From NCBI GenBank assembly GCA_040767965.1, contig JAXGNR010000004.1:256001-320000 (forward strand): a stretch of 64,000 nt of DNA, read 5' to 3'. This DNA is from Atribacterota bacterium (GTDB lineage: Bacteria > Atribacterota > Phoenicimicrobiia > Phoenicimicrobiales > Stramentimicrobiaceae). This document shows positions 42,312-52,707 of the stretch, piece after piece (positions within the stretch are counted from its first letter, which is position 1; each line of letters begins with the position of its first letter). The position numbers were made by a program, and so were the translations under genes. The notes under the pieces are model-generated. The model saw only the letters and a list, made by a program, of their open reading frames with translations, ran no database searches and was not told the DNA's origin.

Positions 42312-43781
42312 TTGCAGCTAAATAAATTAAAAGCAATTGATTACATCGAAATGGTCCAAAAAAGAGAAGTATCTGTTGAACAGGTATTTGATGATATTTT
42401 CCAGCAAATTGATACTAAAGATAAAAAATTAAAGGCTTATTTAAGTTTAAATCGGGAAAATGCTTTATCTGAAGCAAGAGAGATGGATAAAAAAATAGCT
42501 AAAGGAGATAAAATTCCCCCTTTAGCAGGATTACCCGTTGCAATAAAGGATATTATAAGCACAAAAGGGATTGAAACAACCTGTGCTTCCAAAATGCTGC
42601 AAGGGTATATTCCTCCATATGATGCAACTGTAATAAAAAAAATTAAAGAAGCCGGAGGAATAATCATAGGTAAAACCAATATGGATGAATTTGCAATGGG
42701 TTCCTCAACTGAAAGTTCTGCTTTTCAACTAACATTGAATCCGTGGGATATCAGCAGGGTTCCTGGAGGATCTAGCGGAGGTTCGGCAGTAGCGGTTGCC
42801 GCAAATGAAGCATTGATTGCCCTAGGTACTGATACCGGAGGCTCTGTGAGATTGCCAGCTGCTTTCTGTGGGTTGGTTGGTATTAAACCTACCTATGGCA
42901 GAGTTTCCCGTTATGGAGTGATTCCTTATGCTTCTTCATTAGACCAGGTAGGTGTATTAAGTAAATGTGTCCAGGATGCAGCCTTAATGCTAAATACTAT
43001 TTGCGGGTATGATTCTCTGGATTCCACTTCTGCTAACCTTTCTGTTACTGACTTTCTTTCTTCATGTCAGGAAGGTATGGAAGATTTAAAAATTGGTGTA
43101 CCACAGGAATATTTTAAAGAAGGGTTACAAAGTGAAATAAAAAACGCTGTAATGAACACTATTCAAGGAATCAAAAATCTAGGTGGGAATATAGAGGATA
43201 CATCTTTGCCACATATTGAATATACATTGCCTGCTTATTATTTAATTGGAATGGCTGAAGCAAGCTCGAATATGGCTAAATATGATGGTGTTCAATATGG
43301 ATTAAGAATTAACGAAAACAACAACTTAGAGGATATGTATAAAAAAACCAGGAGCAGGGGATTTGGCTCAGAGGTTATCAGAAGGATAATGCTAGGAACC
43401 TATGCCCTTAGTTCAGGTTATTATGATGCCTATTACTTAAAAGCTCAAAAAATTCGAACAATAATAAAAAGAGATTTTGAAAATGTTTTTCAAAAATACG
43501 ATGTGCTTATTTGCCCTACTTCACCAGTTCCAGCATTCAAAGTTGGAGAAAAAATTGATGATCCTTTAACAATGTACTTAACTGATGCATATACAATGCC
43601 AGTTAACATGGCCGGCTTACCGGCTTTATCAATTAATTGTGGTTTTACTAAAGAAAATCTACCAATAGGAATACAAATAATTGGTAAACCTTTCCAGGAA
43701 GATAAAATATTAAAAGTTGCCTATAATATTGAAAAAAGGATAGATGGAGCTGGTTTTAAAAATCCGGAAATGAATTTTTAG
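42312..43781 (+). CDS. gatA: Asp/Glu-tRNA amidotransferase subunit A
   Basis: GKTNMDEFAMGSSTE, PGGSSGGSA, GTDTGGSVR, RRIMLGTYALSSGYYDAYY. Likely TTG start at 42312 after GGAGGAG. Confidence 0.97.
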   Translation: MQLNKLKAIDYIEMVQKREVSVEQVFDDIFQQIDTKDKKLKAYLSLNRENALSEAREMDKKIAKGDKIPPLAGLPVAIKDIISTKGIETTCASKMLQGYIPPYDATVIKKIKEAGGIIIGKTNMDEFAMGSSTESSAFQLTLNPWDISRVPGGSSGGSAVAVAANEALIALGTDTGGSVRLPAAFCGLVGIKPTYGRVSRYGVIPYASSLDQVGVLSKCVQDAALMLNTICGYDSLDSTSANLSVTDFLSSCQEGMEDLKIGVPQEYFKEGLQSEIKNAVMNTIQGIKNLGGNIEDTSLPHIEYTLPAYYLIGMAEASSNMAKYDGVQYGLRINENNNLEDMYKKTRSRGFGSEVIRRIMLGTYALSSGYYDAYYLKAQKIRTIIKRDFENVFQKYDVLICPTSPVPAFKVGEKIDDPLTMYLTDAYTMPVNMAGLPALSINCGFTKENLPIGIQIIGKPFQEDKILKVAYNIEKRIDGAGFKNPEMNF

Positions 43782-43819
43782 AAATTAATAATAAGAAAAA
43801 CAAAGAAATGGAGTTAAGA

Positions 43820-45277
43820 ATGGTTAATGATATTGTAATTGGTTTAGAGATACATGTCCAGTTACTGACAAAAACAAAAATATTTTGTAATTGCAGTACA
43901 GATTATATAGATTGCAAACCTAATACCAATACTTGCCCGGTTTGTTTGGGTTTGCCGGGAGGATTGCCGGTCTTAAATAAAAAAGCAGTTGAATTAGCTA
44001 TAAAGACTGGAATTGCTCTTAATTGCAAGATAAATACCAGAAATATTTTTCATAGAAAAAATTATTTTTATCCTGATTTACCTAAAGCATACCAGATATC
44101 TCAATTTGACTTACCTATTGCCAGTGGTGGATTTCTGGAAATCCCAGTTGCTGATTCGGGAGAAATCAGAAAAATAGGAATAAACAGAGCTCATATGGAA
44201 GAGGACGCCGGGAAACTGGTGCATATTATTGAGCGGGGACAGATTGTTGATTCCTTAGTTGATTACAACCGCTCCTGCATACCTTTATTAGAAATAGTAA
44301 CTGAGCCTGACTTGTGCTCATCAGAAGAAGCTATAATTTTTTTGCAGAATTTAAGAAGTATTGTGCAATATTTAGGCGTCTGTGATGGAAACCTGGAAAA
44401 TGGTTCTATGCGCTGTGATGCTAATATATCTATCAGGGATGCACAAACTCATCAGCTGGGAATTAAAACAGAAGTAAAAAACATGAACTCTTTTCGTTCT
44501 ATAAAAAAAGCTCTCGATTATGAAATAGGAAGACAAAAGAGTTTGCTTAATAAGGGGGAAAAAGTATTTCAGGAAACAAGAAGATGGGATGAGGAAAATA
44601 ATCAGACAATTACCATGAGAACTAAGGAAGAAGCTCATGACTATCGCTATTTTCCAGAACCAGATTTACTGCCTCTTGTGATAGAGAAAGAGTGGATTGA
44701 AAAGATTCAAAATAATTTACCGGAATTGCCATCCGAACGCAAAGAAAGATTTTTAAAAGATTTTAAATTATCTGATTATGATGCAAACCGACTGGTTGAG
44801 ATTAAAAGTTTGGGAGATTATTTTGAAGAGGCTGTCAGTAAATATTCTGATCATAAAAAACTAACAAATTGGATATTAGGTGAGTTATTAAGATATTTGG
44901 GAGAAAAAAATTTAGAAATTACTTCATGTCCTGTGACAGCAGATAAATTAGTGGAATTGCTTGAATTAATAGACAAAGGTATTATCAGCGGGAAAATAGC
45001 TAAGACCATTTTTGAAGAAATGTGTAATACTGGAAACCGAGCTAAAATACTGGTTGAAAAAAGCGGTCTTACCCAGATAAGTGATAAAGATGAGATTGAT
45101 AGAATAATAGAAAAGGTTGTTGCTGAAAATCAGCAATCTGTGAAGGATTATTTGTCAGGAAAAGAGAAGTCTGTCCATTATCTGGTGGGCCAGGTAATGC
45201 GTTATACCAAAGGAAGGGCACAACCTGATTTAGTTTTAGATTTATTAAAAGAAAAGATGAATAAAATAGAAAATTAG
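43820..45277 (+). CDS. gatB: Asp/Glu-tRNA amidotransferase subunit B
   Basis: IGLEIHVQL, RKNYFYPDLPKAYQISQ, HMEEDAGK, DYRYFPEPDL. Confidence 0.97.
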   Translation: MVNDIVIGLEIHVQLLTKTKIFCNCSTDYIDCKPNTNTCPVCLGLPGGLPVLNKKAVELAIKTGIALNCKINTRNIFHRKNYFYPDLPKAYQISQFDLPIASGGFLEIPVADSGEIRKIGINRAHMEEDAGKLVHIIERGQIVDSLVDYNRSCIPLLEIVTEPDLCSSEEAIIFLQNLRSIVQYLGVCDGNLENGSMRCDANISIRDAQTHQLGIKTEVKNMNSFRSIKKALDYEIGRQKSLLNKGEKVFQETRRWDEENNQTITMRTKEEAHDYRYFPEPDLLPLVIEKEWIEKIQNNLPELPSERKERFLKDFKLSDYDANRLVEIKSLGDYFEEAVSKYSDHKKLTNWILGELLRYLGEKNLEITSCPVTADKLVELLELIDKGIISGKIAKTIFEEMCNTGNRAKILVEKSGLTQISDKDEIDRIIEKVVAENQQSVKDYLSGKEKSVHYLVGQVMRYTKGRAQPDLVLDLLKEKMNKIEN

Positions 45278-45352
45278 TTTATAATAATTAAAGTTGCTTA
45301 AATAATTTTAAGTAACTTTAAAAAATAAAAAAAATGTAAAGGAGATTATAAA

Positions 45353-45514
45353 ATGGATAAATATGTTTGCACAGTATGCGGTTATGTTTATGACCCTGAA
45401 AAAGGAGACCCTGATTCTGATATTGCTGCTGGAACTTCCTTTGATGATCTGCCTGAAGATTGGGTTTGTCCTTTATGTGGAGCTGGCAAAGACGAATTTG
45501 AAAAGGAGGAATAG
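45353..45514 (+). CDS. Rubredoxin (53 aa; absent from the ORF track)
   Basis: Translated by hand: [61 protein letters not shown]. Confidence 0.97.
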   Translation: MDKYVCTVCGYVYDPEKGDPDSDIAAGTSFDDLPEDWVCPLCGAGKDEFEKEE

Positions 45515-45516
45515 GA

Positions 45517-46695
45517 TTGGTAGTAAGAGCTATTGGTGATAATATTTACTCAGTTGGAGTTATAGATTGGGACAGAAGACTTTTTGATGAATTAATACCT
45601 TTACCTGACGGTACCACTTATAATTCTTTTTTGGTAAAAAATAACGAAGACGCTCTATTGATTGACACTGTCGATCCATCCAAAAAAGAAGAATTTTACC
45701 AGAACCTACAAGAGGCAAAAGTAAAAAAAATCAGTTATATAATTGCGCATCACGCTGAACAGGATCATGCTGGTTGTATTGGTGATATTTTAAAAAAATA
45801 TCCTGGTTGTCGGGTTATTACAAATAAAAAATGCAAAGAGCTTTTGATAGCTGAACTGCATTTAGATGAAAATTATTTTATAGAAATAGCAGATGGTGAT
45901 TCTTTTCAGTTTGGTGATAAAAAGTTTTATTTTGTTTTTGCCCCCTGGGTTCACTGGCCCGAAACTTTTTTAACATATTTACCTGAGGAAAAAATATTAT
46001 TCACCTGTGACTTCTTTGGTTCTCATCTCGCTACCAGTGAGTTATGGGCATCCGATGATGAGCATCTATTTCTTTCTGCAAAACGTTATTATGCAGAAAT
46101 AATGATGCCTTTTAGGTCATACATTAAGAAACATTTAAAAAAGCTCAAAGATTTTTCCATAAAAACTATTGCACCAAGTCATGGTCCGGTTTATAAAAAT
46201 CCAGAATTTATAATGAATGCTTACCAGCAATGGATATCTGATAAAGTAAAAAACGAAGTAGTGCTTCCATACATTTCTATGCATGGAAGCACTGAAAAAA
46301 TGGTATTTCATTTAGTAGAAGAGCTAATGAAAAGAAATGTAAAAGTAATTCCTTATCATTTGACTAATACTGATATAGGTGAATTAGCTATGTCTTTGGT
46401 TGATGCGGCTACTATTGTTTTAGCCTCACCAACAGTATTAACCGGACCTCATCCACAAATTGTTTATGCTGCTTATCTGGCAAATGCACTAAAACCAAAA
46501 GTGAAATATGCAGGCATAATAGGCTCGTACGGATGGGGAAGTAAAATGGAGAAAGATCTTCTTCAGATATTAAGCAATTTAAAGGTTGAATTATTACCAA
46601 CTATAATGGTAAAAAGTTATCCCAGAGAAGAAGATTTAAATAAATTAAATGACTTAGCTGATACAATAGTTGAATACCATAAAAAACTAAAATAA
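45517..46695 (+). CDS. fprA: Flavodiiron protein (A-type flavoprotein)
   Basis: GTTYNSFL, HHAEQDH, APWVHWPET, CDFFG, APSHG, flavodoxin domain SMHGST / GSYGW. Confidence 0.95.
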   Translation: MVVRAIGDNIYSVGVIDWDRRLFDELIPLPDGTTYNSFLVKNNEDALLIDTVDPSKKEEFYQNLQEAKVKKISYIIAHHAEQDHAGCIGDILKKYPGCRVITNKKCKELLIAELHLDENYFIEIADGDSFQFGDKKFYFVFAPWVHWPETFLTYLPEEKILFTCDFFGSHLATSELWASDDEHLFLSAKRYYAEIMMPFRSYIKKHLKKLKDFSIKTIAPSHGPVYKNPEFIMNAYQQWISDKVKNEVVLPYISMHGSTEKMVFHLVEELMKRNVKVIPYHLTNTDIGELAMSLVDAATIVLASPTVLTGPHPQIVYAAYLANALKPKVKYAGIIGSYGWGSKMEKDLLQILSNLKVELLPTIMVKSYPREEDLNKLNDLADTIVEYHKKLK

Positions 46696-46804
46696 ATTCT
46701 ATTAACATTTAATTACAATAATTTTGAATCCTGTAGATAGATAGCTATAAGTTGGTTTAATTAGTGATTATTTGGCTATTATTATAGGCAGGGAGATACT
46801 ATAT

Positions 46805-47335
46805 ATGAATAAAAAAACAATTATTTTTATATTGATTGTTCTTGGCATACTTTTCTTGAACATTACAATGAATACAGTTTATGCCCAAAAAAGCTTAGAT
46901 GACATACTTTATGGGGATTTTGCTGAAATTGATAATTTTGGTTATATATTTGTAAAAATACAGGGAGAAAACTCTTCTTTAATCGGTTTAGATAGTTATG
47001 AGCTTACTAATTATGCAAAATTGAAATATAAAAATAATTTTAGCGGAATTGATTATCGAGAAATTACTGCTGATGAATATGTAATTTTTCAAGAGGAAGA
47101 AAAGGCTAAAAAAACTGGCAGTATCTGGTTTAGAATCTGGACAGCTGGAGAAGGGTATCCAATAGTTTATTATATAGAATGCAAAGCTGGAAATTATCAA
47201 AATTATGATATTTGGAATGATGAAGTGCTTGGTTTCTGTGATGAAAAAGAGATAAATCAAATTGCCCGTACTGAAATTACCAGAATGATAGAAAATTTTG
47301 CCATAACATTCTTTAAAGTTAGAGGTGAAATATAA
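46805..47335 (+). CDS. Hypothetical exported protein
   Basis: Signal peptide MNKKTIIFILIVLG..VYA; ATG at 46805 after GGGAG; no recognised domain. Confidence 0.7.
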   Translation: MNKKTIIFILIVLGILFLNITMNTVYAQKSLDDILYGDFAEIDNFGYIFVKIQGENSSLIGLDSYELTNYAKLKYKNNFSGIDYREITADEYVIFQEEEKAKKTGSIWFRIWTAGEGYPIVYYIECKAGNYQNYDIWNDEVLGFCDEKEINQIARTEITRMIENFAITFFKVRGEI

Positions 47336-47355
47336 TAGCAGGAGGTAACCAGCAA

Positions 47356-48192
47356 ATCAAAATAACAGTTCTAATTGACAACAATAGTATAATAGACAGA
47401 TATTTTCTTGCAGAACCAGCTCTTTCTTTTTTCATCGAAGCTGATAATAAAAAAATATTATTTGATGCAGGATATTCTGATGCTTTTCTTGCCAATGCCG
47501 AGAAAATAAAAATAGATCTGCTCAATGTTGATTATATTATTATTTCGCATGGACATATTGATCATACTGGTGGGTTGCCTTTTTTAATGAATAAAATAAG
47601 TGAAGCAAGGATTGAGAAAATACCTTATCAAAATGCGTCACTGATAACGCATCCTGCTACTTTTATGATTAAGAAAACTATGGAGATTGGCTCTATTGGA
47701 TCTTTGGTAAATGAGAATATTCTACAGGAATTTTTTCATTTACAGTATTCTAAAAAACCATTGTGGCTGACTCCAAATGTGGTATTTTTGGGAGAAATAC
47801 CCAGAGAAACCACATTTGAAATTGAAAAACCTATTGGAAAAACCATCATTAACAATATTGAAAAAGATGATTATATACTAGATGATTCTGCACTGGTAAT
47901 TCGTATGTTGGAAGGATTAGTTGTTGTAACTGGTTGTTCTCATGCTGGAATTTGCAATATAATAAATTATGCTAAAAAAATATTCCCGGAAAATAATGTT
48001 CTGGATATTATAGGCGGATTTCATCTTTTAAACCCTGGCAGAGAGCAATTGGAAGGAACAATTGATTATCTCGAGAAGATTGCACCAAATACTATTCATG
48101 CCTGTCATTGTATTGATTTACCCTCCAAAGTAGCCTTATCAAAAAGCTTACCACTTAAAGAGGTGGGCTCAGGATTAAAGATAGAATATTAA
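47356..48192 (+). CDS. MBL-fold metallohydrolase (PHP/pterin cyclic phosphodiesterase-like), non-canonical start
   Basis: Frame extends 73 codons upstream of the track ORF: (ATC)KITVLIDNN..AEPALSFFIE..ILFDAG..ISHGHIDHTGG. Later motifs DDSAL, TGCSHAGICNI, GGFHL, CHC. Confidence 0.88.
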   Translation: MKITVLIDNNSIIDRYFLAEPALSFFIEADNKKILFDAGYSDAFLANAEKIKIDLLNVDYIIISHGHIDHTGGLPFLMNKISEARIEKIPYQNASLITHPATFMIKKTMEIGSIGSLVNENILQEFFHLQYSKKPLWLTPNVVFLGEIPRETTFEIEKPIGKTIINNIEKDDYILDDSALVIRMLEGLVVVTGCSHAGICNIINYAKKIFPENNVLDIIGGFHLLNPGREQLEGTIDYLEKIAPNTIHACHCIDLPSKVALSKSLPLKEVGSGLKIEY

Positions 48193-48309
48193 AAAAATAA
48201 TTTTTATAATTCTATAATTTATGACAATACCCACTAACAAAACTAAAAGAATTATTAATAATTATCAGAATTAATCAAATGTTAAAAAATTAATCGAGGT
48301 AAAAAGTAA

Positions 48310-49974
48310 ATGTCAAAAAAAATAATATTTTTTACTTTAATTTTCCTGATATCAATATCCAACTTTAGCCTGGCTAATCAGATAGAAGTAAATCTTGGCA
48401 CTAAAATAGAAAAAGTTTATCTTTTTCCTGATACTGCAATATTAGAAAGACATCAGAAAACTAACCTGGAAAAGGGAAGTTATCAAATAATATTTAATGA
48501 TATAATTGAAAAATTTAATGAGAAAAGTATCCAGGTAAAACTGAAAGAAAGCAATTATATTGCGAGAATTAATGGTATCGCTATTAAAAAGATCTTATTA
48601 GAGGATCAGCCAAATGAAAATTTAAAAACCTTACAGATTGAGATTACTCAACTAGAAAATGAAATTAGAATAATTAATTCTAAAAAAAATGCACTTAAAG
48701 ATAAAAAAGATTTTCTTAACTCTATGAAAAATATATTTTTTACTCAGGACTCAAAAGGCAATGTTAGTTCTACCGGAGATATAAAAATTATAGATCAAAT
48801 AGAAAATATGTATTTATTTTTAGAAAAAGAAATAAATGAAAATTATAGCCAGTCTCTAGATTATGATTTCCAAATAGAAAAGCGCCAGGAAAGAATAGAT
48901 TTTCTGCAGAGAAAAATACAGCAGATTACCAATGAAAAAATTGACGAAAAAAAAGATATTATTTTAGACTTAGAAGTATATGAAAATAGTGATTTAAACT
49001 TTATTATTTCCTATCAATTGAATGGAGAAGCTGGATGGAAACCTCATTATGATGTTAGGGCTGATATTAAAGGGAACAAAGTAGAGCTCGTAACTTACGC
49101 TCTGGTAAAACAATCAACAGGTATTGATTGGAACAATGTTTTTGCATCACTTTCTACGGCTAAACCAGCTATTTCGGGCCAGATACCGGAAATTGTGCCC
49201 TGGTTTTTAACACCATATCAATTATATCAAAAATCAGATAAATCAGTAGATGCTGCTTTTTTGCAGATGGAAAGAGAATCCTTTGCTCCGCAGTCCAGCA
49301 CAATAAATGAAGATTTTCTAATCCCTTTTGAGCATAAAGGTACTATTGTAAATTTTAACATCCCATATCAAATTTCTGTATTATCAGGAAGTACTCAGGA
49401 AAAGATATTAATATCTAAAACTGAACTAGATTGTCATTATGACTATAAAGCTTATCCCAGAGAAAATCCATTTGTATTTTTTAATGCTTCTATCAGTAAT
49501 AAATTGAATGTTCCTTTATTGCCAGGAGAGGTAAATATTTTTATTGAAGAAGCATTTGTCGGTAATTCTTTTTTTAATTATACTCCTTCTGGAGAAAATA
49601 TTGATATTTCTCTTGGTATAGCAGAAAATGTCCAGGTGAAAAGAGAATTGCTTAAAAAATATCGGGATGAAACGTTGATTGCCAATATTCCTTCAGCAAG
49701 AGCAGTTACCAATTATGAATATAAGATTTCTATTGATAATTTTCAAGAAAATGATGTATTATGCCAGATCTATGAAAATATCCCTGTTCCTGAAGATGAT
49801 AGAATACAAGTTAAAATAGAAAATATCAATATTGAACCTATAGAAAAAGACTGGAATGACAAAAAAGGTGTCTGGATGTGGGAATTTATGCTTAGACCAG
49901 GTCAACATGAAGAAATATTAATTTTCTATTCAATTGCCCATCCTCGAGATATGCAAATAATTGGATTACCATAA
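48310..49974 (+). CDS. DUF4140/DUF4139 (mucoidy inhibitor MuiA-like) exported protein
   Basis: Signal peptide, IEKVYLFPDTA, coiled coil, AGWKPHYDVRA, VKQSTGIDW, LSTAKP, PLLPG..FVG, ISLG. Confidence 0.85.
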   Translation: MSKKIIFFTLIFLISISNFSLANQIEVNLGTKIEKVYLFPDTAILERHQKTNLEKGSYQIIFNDIIEKFNEKSIQVKLKESNYIARINGIAIKKILLEDQPNENLKTLQIEITQLENEIRIINSKKNALKDKKDFLNSMKNIFFTQDSKGNVSSTGDIKIIDQIENMYLFLEKEINENYSQSLDYDFQIEKRQERIDFLQRKIQQITNEKIDEKKDIILDLEVYENSDLNFIISYQLNGEAGWKPHYDVRADIKGNKVELVTYALVKQSTGIDWNNVFASLSTAKPAISGQIPEIVPWFLTPYQLYQKSDKSVDAAFLQMERESFAPQSSTINEDFLIPFEHKGTIVNFNIPYQISVLSGSTQEKILISKTELDCHYDYKAYPRENPFVFFNASISNKLNVPLLPGEVNIFIEEAFVGNSFFNYTPSGENIDISLGIAENVQVKRELLKKYRDETLIANIPSARAVTNYEYKISIDNFQENDVLCQIYENIPVPEDDRIQVKIENINIEPIEKDWNDKKGVWMWEFMLRPGQHEEILIFYSIAHPRDMQIIGLP

Positions 49975-50002
49975 CTAATCACCTTTAGAATAGTAATTAA
50001 AT

Positions 50003-50050
50003 AAAATATATAAGGGCAGACTTTTTAAAAAACCTGCCCTTATATATTTT
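50003..50050. terminator. Bidirectional intrinsic terminator
   Basis: Perfect 17-bp arms AAAATATATAAGGGCAG / CTGCCCTTATATATTTT between convergent genes. Confidence 0.85.
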
Positions 50051-50068
50051 TAATAACAGATCTTAGTT

Positions 50069-50662
50069 TTAAGAATTAACAATTCTGTTTATTTCTTTTT
50101 TTAGATTGTCAAATTTTTTTTGGTAATTTTTTTCAAGATAATTTAGATTGTTTTTAAAATCCTCGTCCTGACTTAAATATTCTTCAAAGCCTATTTCCTT
50201 CAACATAATTTGATTACCTTGCTGGAAGGTTTGCATTCTTTTCTCAGGATTTCTTTCAAATTCTTCTTTAACGTCCTTTATTAGCTGTTCTTTTTTGTTC
50301 TCCAGCCCTTGATTAATTTTAGATAACTTATGAAAAGAATCTTCAATTTCTGTAAGTTTACTGGTTTTCTTTAAATTTTCGATAGCCAGGATACCTTTTT
50401 TTCTTTTTTCTATATCATAAACATTGCTTTGAAAGGTGAGAGATTGCAGAAAATTATTCTGTGCTTTAATTAAATATTTATCTGAAATCCCTTTTAGATT
50501 ATTCCAAAGCTCATCAGAATCTATTTGATCTTTGTAATATTTTGCCAAAATAGAATCTATCTTTTTATTCTGTTTTATTTCAGCCATTTCCTGAGGATTT
50601 AATCTATCTATTTTTTTTGATTTTTCTAAAGCAATTTCTAAAGCTGATTTTATATATGCCAT
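50069..50662 (-). CDS. Conserved hypothetical helical protein (DUF6657-like N-terminus)
   Basis: N-terminal IKSALEIALEK motif; charged, helical composition; SD AGGAGGT. Confidence 0.65.
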   Translation of the reverse strand: MAYIKSALEIALEKSKKIDRLNPQEMAEIKQNKKIDSILAKYYKDQIDSDELWNNLKGISDKYLIKAQNNFLQSLTFQSNVYDIEKRKKGILAIENLKKTSKLTEIEDSFHKLSKINQGLENKKEQLIKDVKEEFERNPEKRMQTFQQGNQIMLKEIGFEEYLSQDEDFKNNLNYLEKNYQKKFDNLKKEINRIVNS

Positions 50663-50664
50663 TT

Positions 50665-51393
50665 CTACCTCCTTCTAAATAAATCAAAAAATCGATCCTG
50701 ATAAAATTCAAATAAACCCCATCGGTCTAATTCACTTTTTAAATCTTTTGGCTCCATATTTCCGCTTTTGACTTTTTCAAACATTGCTTCTATTTCCTTT
50801 TTTGCAATAAGAGGAAGTCCTTGCCTATCTCTAGAAACAACATGTTGCCCATATTGATTATAAGAAATCAAGCCTCTCTTTCTAAGTTCAGGAAACTGAG
50901 ATTGCTGAGCACTTCTAACCATCATATCGAGAATAAATTTAGAAAGAGAAATATCCCATAAGTCTCCAACTCCCTGAATAATAGCAGCAAGGTTATCTCC
51001 TCTTTTATCAATATCACGAGATATTTTATCTGCTACAGTTTTTATATTACCTGAAACAAAGTTCATAGAATCAAATTCTCTTTTGAAATGGAATCGATAT
51101 AAAAGGCTTGCTAAATCAGGAATTTCATCTGCCAGATCAGAAAAAGCATTTTTAGCCTCATCGCTAAACCCTTCAATTCTTAAGATATAACCAGGAGTTA
51201 ATAATTGAGGCCTAAACCAGCTTACCTTTCCTTCTCTGATTACGGTTTCTTCAGTGTCCTTTGTGAATTCCTGATAGACAGGCTCGGTAAGAACATGATA
51301 ATGAATTTCCGAAGAACCAAAAGAAGAAAGCAATTGCTTTGGCCATTTCAATATTTTGGAATTTTCAAATGCGTATTGTATTCTTTTATCCAT
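50665..51393 (-). CDS. Conserved hypothetical protein
   Basis: 242-aa ORF with SD AAGGGG; motif-like blocks FGSSEIHYHVLTEP, VIREGKV, AIIQGV.DLWDISL.KF, EL..WGLFE.YQDRFF. Confidence 0.8.
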   Translation of the reverse strand: MDKRIQYAFENSKILKWPKQLLSSFGSSEIHYHVLTEPVYQEFTKDTEETVIREGKVSWFRPQLLTPGYILRIEGFSDEAKNAFSDLADEIPDLASLLYRFHFKREFDSMNFVSGNIKTVADKISRDIDKRGDNLAAIIQGVGDLWDISLSKFILDMMVRSAQQSQFPELRKRGLISYNQYGQHVVSRDRQGLPLIAKKEIEAMFEKVKSGNMEPKDLKSELDRWGLFEFYQDRFFDLFRRR

Positions 51394-51561
51394 ATAAGAC
51401 CCCTTTAGAATAACAAACTTATCTCTAATTTAAAATCAAATAAAAGTAAAAATAAACAATTATTTTACAGTTATTTATTCATGTATTCAACTACAACATT
51501 TTAACCTATTATAATAAAATGTCAAATAACTGTTCTGTAATTGGCATTCTGTATCTTAAAA

Positions 51562-51617
51562 AAATAATTAGCCTTTTGTGTATAACAAAAAAAGTTTTTA
51601 AAATAGGCTAATTATTT
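51562..51617 (-). terminator. Inverted repeat downstream of the USP gene
   Basis: 13-bp arms AAATAATTAGCCT / AGGCTAATTATTT with a long loop. Confidence 0.5.
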
Positions 51618-51633
51618 CTTATAACTTATAATT

Positions 51634-52095
51634 TTATTTTACCAGGAGTACGCTGCAGTCTTTCGCTTCTTGAATTACAGCGTTGCTGACACTGCCGATT
51701 AATAACCTTTCAATACCACTTAGTCCTTCACTGGCAATAACAATAAGATCAAAATTTTGCTCTTTAGCTGTTCTTACAATCATATGGGCCGGGTGTCCTT
51801 CCAGAAAAATGCTTCTGGCTTTAACGTTTTTTTCTTTAAAAAATTTAACAGCAGATGCCAGTATTTTCTTTTTTTCTTTTTTATGAACATCAAGCATAGT
51901 TTTATAATTTTGTACTTGTTCAAATGTAAAACTTTCAGCTCCTGCCAGAGAAGGAAGAGTAGAATCATGCCTTCCATCATACACGTATATTACTGCCAAA
52001 TCAGAAACAGATTTACAACCCTCAGTTAATTCTAGTGTTTTTTCTAATGCCTTTTGGCTGTGCTTGGAACCATCAGTACAAACCAGTATTTTCAT
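51634..52095 (-). CDS. Universal stress protein
   Basis: KILVCTDGS, G.PA..IV..A, DLIVIASEG..LLIGSVS..V. Confidence 0.93.
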   Translation of the reverse strand: MKILVCTDGSKHSQKALEKTLELTEGCKSVSDLAVIYVYDGRHDSTLPSLAGAESFTFEQVQNYKTMLDVHKKEKKKILASAVKFFKEKNVKARSIFLEGHPAHMIVRTAKEQNFDLIVIASEGLSGIERLLIGSVSNAVIQEAKDCSVLLVK

Positions 52096-52707
52096 TAAAC
52101 AAGACCTCCTTTTACCAATATTTTAATCATTATTGGTTAATAATATTATATCATAGTCAACAATGTAATTAAATTACATGTTGTTTGCTAGAAAAAGATG
52201 ATATAAGAGAAACAAGCATTTTAGAAAGCATAAATCAAGAAAAAAGATGCAAATAAATATAACAATGTTTTAAACAAAAAAATTAAAAAATAGCAAATTT
52301 ATAGTAATATAATAATCTATAGGAAATAAGTTCACTAATTAGATTTTATTTTGTGCATTAAATATATATTGTTATAATAAAAATTGAAAATATAATTGGA
52401 TTATAAAATGATAGATTATCATCAGAAAAAACAAAGCTTTAAAAATATATTTATAGAAGCTGATTAGAATTTCTTTAATGAAATAAATTTTCAGATCTTT
52501 TACAAAGAAATCTATACAATTGAAGAAGAATAGAAAGATTTTTTAACAATAATTACCAGTAGCTTATTAAAATATATTAAAGAAATAAATCAACAATAAG
52601 AGATTTAAATGTTAAATATAAAAATGATTTTTGATTAAAAAGCTACTTTCTAGATAAGTCAGACACATTGAATAAATATCAATTTTCATTAAATCAAAAA
52701 TATTATA

